Of a stretch of DNA of 64,000 bases, positions 50,701-60,884 are shown piece by piece (within the stretch, counting starts at the first letter, position 1; every line of letters begins with the position of its first letter). The notes under the pieces were generated by a model that saw only the letters and a program-made list of their open reading frames with translations, had not been told where the DNA came from and made no database searches. The stretch is from assembly GCA_963790305.1 (NCBI GenBank), contig CAWBOC010000001.1, positions 64,001 to 128,000 on the forward strand, read 5' to 3'. Both the position numbers and the translations under genes were made by a program. This stretch comes from an uncultured Gemmatimonadaceae bacterium (GTDB taxonomy: Bacteria > Gemmatimonadota > Gemmatimonadetes > Gemmatimonadales > Gemmatimonadaceae).

Positions 50701-51668
50701 ATGACGTCGATCGGTGCGATCCGGTACGAGTTCCCCGCTGGAACGCGGTCTGTCCGCGAGCTGGCGGCGGCCGGTCTGCTCGAGTCGACCGCGGATACGC
50801 TCGAGTCGCTCGGCTTCGAGCAGGTGCGCGTTGCATGCGAGGAGTCGTCGTACTCCCTCGCCCTGCGCCGCGAGCAGCCGTCTCATCGAAGAATACGGCA
50901 TCGACCGCGACAGCATCGGGCTGCTGGTGTACGGCGGCGCGCCCGGGCGGGCTCGCGTTCTCCGCCGGCACGAACACTCGCCGGCGCGGCCGGCGACGTC
51001 GTCTCCGACCGCACGCTTCCGCTATCCCTCCACGCGACTTCAGTACGACCTCGGTCTCGAGCGCGCGGCGGTGCTCGCGGTCGACCAGCTCGCGTGCACC
51101 ACGCTCTTCGGCGCCGTGCGCGTCGCTCGCGCCCTTTGCATCGCCGAAGGAATCGAGCGCGCGCTCTGCGTCTCCGCCGACATGTACCCGCCACTCGCCG
51201 GTCGTGAGGCGCTCTTCAACTGCACCGCCGACGCCGGCTGCGCGGTGCTCGTCGAGCGCGAAAGTCGCCACGCAACCGCATCGTCGCCGCGCGCACCGTC
51301 ACCAAGGGCTACTACTGGGATGCCGACGCCATGCGCGACGAGATCGTCGCGTCGTACTTCCCGACCGCACGCCACGTCATCGCCGAAACGGTGCGCGATG
51401 CGGGATGGACGCTTGCCGACGTCGACTGGGTAATTCCGCATAACGTCAGCCGGCGCAGTTGGGAGATCCTGATGGGACTCGTCGGCGCTTCCCTCGCGCG
51501 CGCCTGTGGGCAGACAACATCGCGCGCGACGGACACACGCTCGCCGGCGACAACTTCATCAATCTGCACGATGCGCTGGCCTGCGGCGCGATCACCCCCG
51601 GCGACCGGTTGCTGCTCTTCTCGTACGGCTACGGCGCGCACTGGACCGCTCTCGCGGTGGAGGCCTGA
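50701..51668 (+). CDS. FabH/KAS III-like condensing enzyme (about three frameshifts)
   Basis: Reconstructed: DQLACTT (catalytic Cys), TADAGCA, WVIPHN, NIARDGHTLAGD, PGDRLLLFSYGYGAHW. Confidence 0.85.
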
Positions 51669-51669
51669 C

Positions 51670-52772
51670 GTGAGCATCCCTCGCTCGATTCTGGTTACGG
51701 GCGCCACCGGGCCTCATCGGCCGCCGCGTGGTCGCCTCGCTTCTGCGCCGCACCAATGCGCCCAATCGTCGTTCTGGTCCGCGATCCGGCACGGTGGCAG
51801 GCGACGGCGACGCACCTCGGCGCAGGCGCCGCTCGAGTGACGGCCGTGCGCGCCGACATCACGCTTCCCGCCCTCGGGCTGGACCTGCGGACAATGACGC
51901 GCTGTCTCGGCGCGCCATTCCTGCTCGTCCACAGTGCCGGTGACATCGTCTTCTCGCGATCGCTGGCTGACTCGCGCCGCGTGAACGTCGAAGGCACCCG
52001 CAACGTCATCGAGCTCGCCTATTCATTCTCCGATGCACGGCTCGTTCACGTGAGTACGGCGTTCGCCGTTGGGCCGGCGCACCGGGTTCATCCCGCGAAG
52101 GCGCGGACGCTGCCGGTGAAGGCTGGGTGAACGCGTACGAGCAGTCGAAGCACGAGGCGGAGCGTGATCGTGCGCGAAAGCGGCCTCGAGTACGCGATCG
52201 CGCGGCCGAGCACGGTCGTCTGCGACGATGTCGCGCGGCGCGGTGACGCAGGTGAATGCCGTGCACCGCGCGCTGCGTCTCTATCACGCCGGGCTGGCGT
52301 CGATGATGCCGGGTTCGGAGGACACGCCGGTCGACGTCATCCCCGCCGACTGGGTGGCGGATGCCATCGCGCGTCTGTCGCTCGCCGCGACTGCGTCGGG
52401 CCGCACGGTACATCTCTGTGCCGGCGACGGCGCGCTTCCCCTCGGCGCGCTGCTCGATCGCACGTACGCGGTCTGGTCGCGGCGATACGAGCTGGCGGCG
52501 CCGAGCGTGGCCCGCCCGCCCTGTCCGAATCTTGGCACATACCAGCTGTTCGAGCGGTCCGTGGACCTCGTGGGTGACGCGCGGCTCAAGCGCATCACGC
52601 GGTCGCTGTCGCACTTCGTGCCGCAGCTCGCGCTCGCCGAAGCGGTTCGACACGTCGCTCTCGCGCGAGCTGCTCGGCGAGACTGCGCCGCCGGTGAGCG
52701 CGTATTGGGAGCGCATGCTCGAATGGCTTCTCGCTCTCGAACTGGAGCGCCGCGCTCCCGGAGGCTGCGTGA
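51670..52772 (+). CDS. Extended SDR, acyl-thioester/fatty acyl reductase-like (NAD_binding_4), frameshifted
   Basis: ILVTGATG, HSAG, NVEGT, HVSTAF, NAYEQSK (YxxxK), RPSTV, DVIPADWVA. Confidence 0.85.
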
Positions 52773-53034
52773 GCGCGCGGAGCTCGGTTCGCAGGGTGCC
52801 ATGGTCGCGTGGCTGAACACTCGGTTCGCGTCCAAGGGCTTCGTCATCACTGCCGACACGCCACTCTTCGCGCGCGGGGTGATCGACTCGCTCGGCATTC
52901 TCGAGCTCATCGCCTGGACGGAAGTGAACACCGGGCGGATCGTGCCCGACGAGAGCATTCGCATGGACAACTTCGGCACCGTCGCGCGCATCGCGCAGAC
53001 GTTCGTCGGGGAGGAAGCGCATGCGAACGGCTGA
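52769..53034 (+). CDS. Acyl/aminoacyl carrier protein
   Basis: DTPLFARGVIDSLGILELIAW..DNFGTVARIA (DSL phosphopantetheine site). Confidence 0.9.
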
Positions 53035-53941
53035 AGGCGTCGTGTCCGCGCTCCGGGCTCGCGGCGAGCTCTGGGATGTCGCCCCCGGGGATCGTCGGCC
53101 TGCGAGGGCGACGCGCTGGCGTTGCTGCGCTCGCTCGAGCACGAAATCATGCCTCGCTCGCGCAACGGGAGACGTCCGAAGACTGGGCGGCGCCGCCGGC
53201 GCTCGCGATGCGCACGCTGGAGCACGCCGAGTATTTCGCGTCGTTCCCGTTCTGGCTCACCGCGGCGTCGCATCTGCCTGACGACGAGTCGCGCGCTGGA
53301 GCGTATTGCGACCGACGATCGAGCCGATGCTCGGCGGCGCGGAGCGCGGCGCGCTGCACCGACGTGGCCCTGCCCCCGGCGCTCTGCTATCACGTCTTCG
53401 AGCGGCTCGCCGGGCGGCGCCTGACGACGACGGAGCTCGTGACACTCGCCGGCACCTGCTGGCGTCATGAGGGGTCGAGACTGGCTGCACTCGAGCGCCA
53501 ATGGGCGTTCACAATGCGCGAGATCGTGTGCGTGGGAGTCTCGTCCGAAGAGTGGAGGACGTTTCGGCAGCGTGCGATGCGTCGCGCCGGCGCGCTGGCG
53601 TCGCGCCTCGATCTCGACGCCGGATTTCTCGTCGCAACCGATCCGTTCTTCGCGCCCACCGCGCGTGGGAAGGCAATCGTCCAGCGCGTGAAGGCGCTGA
53701 AGCATGAGCTCGCGCTTCCCATTGGCGATGAGCGAAGCACCGCGGCCGCGTCGTTCAACAATCACGAGCAGTTCTTTGGCGAGGCCTTCGGCATCACGCT
53801 CGTCGACGGGTGAGGCGGCCTCGAGCGGGTGTGTCGCGTTCGGACTGGAGCGGTGGCTCCTCGCGTTTCTCGTTGCCCACGGCGTGGATCGCGCTGCCTG
53901 GCCGGTACGTCGATGCGACGTACGCGGAGGCCGAATCATGA
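53021..53941 (+). CDS. Amino acid:[carrier protein] ligase (atypical SerRS-like class II aaRS homolog), frameshifted
   Basis: YFASFP, PALCYH, CWRHE..RQWAFTMREIV (motif 2), DPFF, ASFNNH, SGCVAFGLERW (motif 3); no tRNA-binding arm. Confidence 0.85.
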
Positions 53942-54686
53942 GCACGTCCGCGCTCATTCGCCCGCACCTCTACGCGCGCTTCGCGTCCGCCGCCGAGCGC
54001 GGCGCGTGGTCCATCGACCGGGACATCGCCTGGCATGCCGTCGATCGCGACCGCGCGCTCGCTCAACCCGACATTCTGGTTGCGCTGCGCGACGCGGCCC
54101 TCATCGAGTCGTTCCACCCGGTCAATCTCGCGCGATTTCTCCGCGTGCTGTGGGACGACGTCGACGGGTGCGCCGCGGTTGGGACTCGAAATGTACGAGG
54201 GGTTCAAGCACTTCCATGCCCTTCGGATGTACCTCGACATCGTCCGGTTCGAGCCCGCGATCACCGACGAGGAGCTGGTCGATCTGCGCCGCGCTGCGTT
54301 GATCGTGATTTCGCACCGAGCGAGGTCATCGAGCACCTCGTCGAGTTCATGCTCAGCGAGCATCTCGCCGCGTACTTCTTTCGCCGGCTGAGCCGAGCGC
54401 GCGGAGGAGCCGGTGCTCGCCGATTTGCTGCGCTTCATCGCCGCCGACGAAGTGCGACACGCACAGAGCGCCTCCGACCTGATCGCAAAGCGAATCGCAC
54501 GGGAACCGGCGCTCACGGATCGCGTCCTCGACCGCGGCGGTCTGCTTCCATCACTACGGCGAGGAGGCGGTGGGCGAGGTCCCCGTCGCCATGCCCGGCG
54601 ATCCCATCGCCATCCGCACGTTCGCCGAGCGCATCGAGCGTCTCTGCGGGCGTCGTCTCGTCGATCATCTCAAGACCACGTTGTAA
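53938..54686 (+). CDS. Ferritin-like diiron protein 1 (acyl-ACP desaturase/AurF-like fold), frameshifted
   Basis: WSIDRDIAW, AALIES, YEGFKH, MLSEH, AADEVRH; stop TAA at 54684. Confidence 0.75.
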
Positions 54687-54700
54687 CCGGGAGCCGACAC

Positions 54701-55246
54701 ATGCTCGACACCACCCGCGAGCTGGACCTCCTCAACTTCTATCGCGCCTCGGAGCTGCACGGGGGCCTCATCCTCGGCCAGATCGCGCGGCGCGTGCGCG
54801 ACCCGCAACTCGTGCTCGCCCTTACCCGTCACGCGGCGGAGGAGGTCGTGCATGCGCAATGCTGGACGGAGACGATGATCGCGCTGGGCGGCGAATCCGC
54901 GCCCGGTGCGCGACACCTATCAAGCTCGGTACGCGCGCGCGCTTCGCGCCCCTGTATCGCTCTTTCACGTGCTGGCCCTCACCCAGGTCTTCGAGCGGCG
55001 CGTCTTCCGGCACTTCACGCTGCACTTCAGGCGTCCGGGGACGCATCCCGGCGATTTGCGCGACGCCTCAGACGCCTGCTCGATGAGGAGCGCGAGCACC
55101 TCTCCTGGGTGAAGACCTGGCTCGAGGAGCAGGAGAAGGTTCGTGGGCGCGAGCTCGTCGTGCGCACCATGCGGGAGTTCGCCGAAGCAGACGAGACCAT
55201 CTACGCGGAGCTGTGCGACGAGTACGGCTTCGCACGCGCGGCATGA
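54701..55246 (+). CDS. Ferritin-like diiron protein 2, frameshifted
   Basis: ASELHG, AEEVVH, VFERR, DEEREH: complete E..ExxH..E..ExxH set. Confidence 0.8.
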   Translation: MLDTTRELDLLNFYRASELHGGLILGQIARRVRDPQLVLALTRHAAEEVVHAQCWTETMIALGGESAPGARHLSSSVRARASRPCIALSRAGPHPGLRAARLPALHAALQASGDASRRFARRLRRLLDEEREHLSWVKTWLEEQEKVRGRELVVRTMREFAEADETIYAELCDEYGFARAA

Positions 55247-56433
55247 CCACCGCGACCATGGCAGTCGCCGTCTCGCGCGCGGAGCCCGACGTCGCGCGCC
55301 CGCTCGAGCGAGTACGCTCGCGGATGCGAGCGATGGCCCTCTCATGTTCGCCCAGGTCCGCGAGGATCCCTGCATCGAGATGCAGGCGCTCGCGCCCGCT
55401 TTGGGCGGTACGATCGTGGTCGTGAGCTCCGCCGGGTGTACCGCGCTGTCGTTGCTCGCCGCTGGTGCCCGTCACGTCGTCGGCGTGGACCTGTCACGCG
55501 CCCAAAACCATCTCGTCGAGCTCAAATGCGCGGCCATCCGTGCGCTCGCACGCCTGGACGCGATCGCATTCCTCGGCGGCTCAGCCCATGGCCGGCCTGT
55601 GCGCCGGCGTCGATTGTACGGCGTCCTCTCCCCCCTGCTCACCAACCACGCCCGCGCGTACTGGGACGCCAACCGCGATGCGATCGAGCGTGGCGCCTTG
55701 CGAGCGGGCAAAAGCGAACGGTTCATCTCGCTCGTTGCATCCGTCGTGGCACGGGCCGTCGTTCGCTCCGATGGCGTGGCGGCGTTGCTCAACGCTGACA
55801 GCGTTGAGGCACAACGGGACATCTTCGCGCACTCATGGGCTGGATGGCGGTGGCGCGCACTGTTCGCGGTGCTCCTCAATCGCTGGACGTTCTCGCGCGC
55901 CTATCACCCTTCGTTCTTCGATCACGTCGAGAACCCGAGCTTTGCGCGACACTTTCGGCGCCTCGCCGAGCGAACGCTCACTGAGATTCCCGCACGCGAC
56001 AACTACTTTCTCCACGAGATGCTCACGGGCCGGTACCCCATGCACGAGCCCTTGGGTGTGCCACCCTATCTCACAGCCGCGAGGTGTGGCGCGGGGCGCC
56101 GACGGCGCACGGACGCTGTCGCCTCGTCGACGGATCGCATGACCGAGTACCTCCGCTCCTGCCCGCCGCGGTCGATCAATGGTTTCGCCCTCTCCAACAT
56201 TGGCGAGTGGCTCGATCGAAAGCGGACTCGACGCGCTCTTCAGCGAAGTGGCTCGCACCGCCCGCCCCGGAGCGCGCGTCGTCTTCAGGAATTTCGTTGG
56301 GTGGACCGAGGTTCCAGAGCGGTGGCGCAAGGTCATCGTCGAGCGGCCAGGCTATGGCGAGCGCTTGATACGCCGGGACCGTAGCCTGGTGCAGCATCGC
56401 GCCGTCGTGTGCAATGTGTGGAGCGCGGCGTGA
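55243..56433 (+). CDS. DUF3419 / BtaA-like SAM-dependent 3-amino-3-carboxypropyl transferase, frameshifted
   Basis: FAQVREDP, VSSAGCTAL, VDLSRAQNHLVELK, DNYFL, PPYL, LSNIGEW, PGARVVFRN. Confidence 0.8.
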
Positions 56434-57563
56434 GCGCGACCGCCGTCGTGCCCGCGACACGGCTCGTGAGGCTCGCGACCGAGAGCGACAACGCGGCGCT
56501 CATCGAGCTCGCGGCGTCGTGCCCCATGGAGGGCGACCTGTCGCTCCGCATCGATCGTGCGCCCGACTTCTTCGCGCTGAATCGTCTCGAGGGCGATCGG
56601 TGGAAGGTCGCGGTCGTCGACGGTCCACTCGGAGATCCCGTGGCGTGCGTCGCAACCGCCGAACGGCGCGTGTGGGTACACGGTCGCGCCAGAAACAATG
56701 GTCTACGCCGGCGACCTCAAGGTACACCCTGACTTTCGCGACACGCGCACCGCGGACGCGCTCGAGCGATTCGTCGCCGAGACGGCGCGCGAAGCGGGTG
56801 GAGATCTCACGCCCGTTGTCTTGACCGTCCTCGCCGGAAACGCGGCAATGGAGCGGCGCGCCGCTGGCCCTCGCGGACTTCCGCGACTTCATCGCTTTGC
56901 CACGCTGCACTCGTTTGCGATTCCGCTGCTGTGGCGGCGGGTTGTCGATGGCGCTCCCGATCTCCGAGTGCAGCGCGCGACGACGCGCGATCTGGAGGAA
57001 ATGGCGGATCTATGGGCGGCGATCGCCCCGACGCGTCAGTTCTCGCATGTTCTGGACGCCGACGCGCTCGCCCGTTGGATTGCCGCCGCGCCCGGGCTCG
57101 AGATCGACGACTACCTTCTCGCGCGCGACCTGCGCGGAAAGCTGCTGGGCTTCGTCGGCTATGGGATCAGCGCGCGCTCAAGACCCTTCGCGTGCTGCGC
57201 TACTCGCCCGACGCTGTCGATTCTTCGCGGTCTCGTGACGTCGTAGCGCCCCTCGTCGGCGCAGCCGCCCCGCCGGAGATCGGCGCGCCGCTCCACTACG
57301 CCAACGCCGTTCACCTCTGTGTTCCGGTGGACCGCGCGGACGTGCTGCGCACCCTCGTCCTCGGTGCCTACGACCGTCTGCGCGGCTCTGATCGCGTCTT
57401 CATGAACGTCGCCCTCGATGCGCGCGAGCCGATCGTCGCTGCCCTTCGCGGATTGCTCGCCACGCCGACCGCCATTCACGCGTACGCCACCATGCCGCGC
57501 GGTGCGTGGGAGGGTCCGGCGCTCGATGACCGCCCACTGCATTTCGAAACCGCACTCGTCTGA
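56430..57563 (+). CDS. GNAT-fold acyltransferase (tandem GNAT-like), frameshifted
   Basis: RLATESDNAAL..RAPDFFA, YAGDLKVHPDFR, VLAGNAAM, VQRATTRDLEE. Confidence 0.7.
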
Positions 57564-57570
57564 GGCGCAC

Positions 57571-58574
57571 ATGACCGCGAAGATGACCAGACTGGGCTAT
57601 CAGAATGCGCTTCTATCGAGCGTTGCGTGCGGCGAACCGCCGCTACTCGCCAAAGCACGACATGGCGGCGCAGCCGTTTCCCGCCCTGATCCAGCTCCAG
57701 ACGATCAACGCCTGCAACGCGTCGTGCATCATGTGTCCCTATCCGCTGTACAAGAAGGAGTTCCCGCGCGGGACGGATGGAGGACGCGCTCTTCGAGAAG
57801 ATCATCGCCGAGATCGCGGAGCGGCCGGAGGTGCACACGTTCGTGCCAATGCTCCAGAACGAGCCCTTCCTCGACAGAAAGCTCTTCGACCGCATTGCGC
57901 GCTTCAAGCAGATCACGCACGGCCGCGTGGAGGTGGAGCTCGTCACGAACGGCGCGTTTCTTACCGCCGAAGCGATCGAACGCATTCGCGACGTCGAGCT
58001 CGACGTCCTCGACATCAGTCTGGACGCCGTCAGCAGGCAGACATATGAGCGCATCCGCATCGGGCTCGACTTCGACGAGGTCATCGCCGGCGTCGAGCGT
58101 GTGATCGATGCGCAGCTTCCGCATACCAGCGTGTTCGTGCGCCTGGTGAAGCTCCGCGACAACGCGCACGAGGTCCGCATGTTCGCGGCGCGGTGGCGGG
58201 CACGAGGGATTCCCGTCTTCGTGTACACCGCGAACAATCGCGTCGGCGCACTTCCCGAGTTCGACGACAAGCTCCGGCTCACGCGCGAGCAGGTACCGCC
58301 GCTCCACCGCATCGGACGCCGGGCGGCGCGCGCCTGGCTCGGCCACTGCCCCGCCCCATTCGCGACGACGGACATCCTTCACGACGGCAGCGTGCTCCTC
58401 TGCACGCACGATTGGGCGAGAAAGGAGATACTCGGCAACGTCCGCGACCAGACGATCGCCGAGATCTGGAATGGGGAGCGAATGCGCGAGATTCGTGCTG
58501 CCGTATATCGCCGCGAATACGACACCCTACCGGCCTGCCGCGGCTGTTCACTGTGGAAAGATGGCTGGGTTTGA
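57571..58574 (+). CDS. Radical SAM protein with SPASM/twitch domain, frameshifted
   Basis: CNASCIMC, NEPF, TNG, CPAPF..DGSVLLC..LGNV..IWNG..CRGC. Confidence 0.9.
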
Positions 58575-60884
58575 GCGTCTCGCGGCCGGGGTCGTGCACC
58601 GGCGTTGGCTCGTGGTGGCCGCCTGGTTGCTCGCCGTCGGAGCGCTCCTTCCTTTCGCCCGGACGATCGAAGACCGCCTAACCGTTGCTGCGCGGGTAGC
58701 GGGAAGTGAGTCTGCGGCGGTCGAGGAGGCTCTCGCCTCGCGATTCGGGTCGCCTTTCGCGCGCTGGGTCGTGCTCGTGGTTGCCGGCGTTCCGGGGCCC
58801 GACACGCCCGACGGTCGCGTTCTGTTGGAAAGCGCTGTGCGCACGCTCAACGATCATCCGCACGTGACACGTACCTTTTCGTATCTCGATGACGCCGATT
58901 CGTTGTTCGTCGGCGCGGCGGGAAGCGGGACGTTTCTCGTCGTCGGATTGGACCGGGGGAACGCGCGCGCCGAGCGAATGCTGCCGGGGCTGCGCACGGC
59001 GTCCAACCAGCTGGAGCGCGAGATCCGACGCTCACATCCCGAGGCGACCGTCCGATGGACCGGGGAAATCGCCCTCAACGCCGACCTGCGCGCCGCGAGT
59101 GCCGCAGCGGCAGAAGGCGCTGAGCGGCGTGCCCTTCCGCTGACGCTGGCGGTGCTGCTCCTTGCCTTTGGTGCGCTGGCGGCGGCAATGGTGCCCCTGT
59201 TCGCGGCAGCGGTCGCGGTGGGAGTCACGTTAGGCCTCGCTGCGGTCGCGTCGGCATGGTGGCCGCTGTCGATCGTACTCCAGAACGTGGTGTCGATGCT
59301 TGGCATCGGGCTCGGCATCGACTACGCCCTGCTCATGGTCAGCCGCTTTCGTGCGGCGCGGGCCGGTGGTTCCTCCGTTCATCATGCGGCCGTGGTCTGT
59401 GGCACACGGGCCGGGCCCACGGTGGTGCTGTCGGCAGGAACGGTCGCGATCGGTTTTGCCGCGTTGCTTCTGGTCCCCCTGGATGAGATTCGCGCGATCG
59501 CCGTCGGCGGCGCTGCTCGTCACATCGATATCGGCGCTGGTCGCCGTAACGCTCGTTCCGGCCGCCCTCGCGATCTGGGGATCGCGGCTGGAGCTCGGGC
59601 GGGTGACGCGAGTCCGCGCGTCACGCGGCGAGGCGCGATGGGCGGGTTGGGCGCGCTTCGCGGTCACACGGCCGCGTGCCGTTCTCGCTGCCGGCGCACT
59701 TCCCATCTGCGCGCTGGCATGGCAGGCGACGCGACTCGACACGCATCTACCTCGCGGGGACTGGCTCCCGCGCGATATGGAGTCCGCTCGCGCCGTTCGC
59801 GATCTCCAGGCGATGGAGCGTGGCAACGTGGTGCAGAGCATTCGCATCGTGCTCGAGCTGCCAACAGGCGTGACGGTGCTCGACCACGCCGGCTGGCGAG
59901 CGATGTCGCGAATGACGGCGGCCCTTCTGCGCGAGCCGGAGGTTGCGCGCGTGCGCGCGCTTCCCATCATCGCGCCCGGCGCGCTTCCGGGGTCCATGCT
60001 GGAGTCGCTGCTGCCCACGGAGGTGAAAGCCACCTTCGTCTCGCGCGACGGCAGCTCGACGGTCCTCGAGGTCGTCCCCGCGAACGCCGCGTCGCCTAAC
60101 GCACTCGTCGACCTCGTCCTGCGGCTGCGCGAGTCGGGCGCGGCCGAGCTCAGCGGAGTGAAGGGTGCCCGAATGCTCGTGGGAGGCATTCCCGCCTTCA
60201 ACGCCGATTATCGTGCCGCGCTCACGGGCCGCTTCTCCATGCTGGCGGCGGTCGTGATCGTCGCGACCCTGATCGTGCTCGAGCGTCGCCCTGCGCTCGA
60301 TTCTGATCCCGCTCAAGGCCGTGCTGCTCAATCTCCTGTCGGTAGGCGCGGCATTCGGCGCAATGGTGCTGGTGTTCGGCGATGGCGTGGGCATTCAGCT
60401 CCTCGGCCATGATTCTCCGCCGGGCGGTACGTTCCCGATGATCCCGGTGCTCGTCTTCTGCATCGTCTTCGGTCTCAGCATGGACTACGAGCTCTTTCTC
60501 GTCTCGCGCATCATGGAGGCCCGACGCTCCGGCGCGAGCGATACCGACGCCATCGTCGAAGGCGTGTCGCGCACCGGTGGCGTCATCACCAGCGCGGCCG
60601 CCATCATGATCGTCGTGTTTGGCGCCTTCACGCTCGGCGACGTGCTGCTCATACAAATGCTCGGCTTTGCGCTCGCCGTCGCGGTGCTCATCGATGCGAC
60701 CGTCGTTCGCATGGCGATTGGACCGGCGCTCTTGCAGCTCGCCGGACGATGGAACTGGTGGCCAGGCTGTGACAGGCCCTTGGGGCCCAAACGGCTAGCT
60801 CGCCCGCCGCGCCTCGCGGTCGTTCATACGCGCTTCTTCCCGTGGGTGGCGAGCGCTCTCGGTCACCGGCGCCCGGAGCGGTAA
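58561..60884 (+). CDS. MMPL/RND family lipid exporter, frameshifted; true end possibly near 60772
   Basis: [50 protein letters not shown]. Confidence 0.9.

Noticed and set aside
53021..53941. Housekeeping seryl-tRNA synthetase
   Set aside because: About 300 aa, no N-terminal coiled-coil tRNA arm, and coupled to an ACP.
57571..58574. Radical SAM/SPASM as a RiPP maturase
   Set aside because: No precursor peptide, RRE/PqqD domain or peptidase is visible; the context is ACP/lipid.
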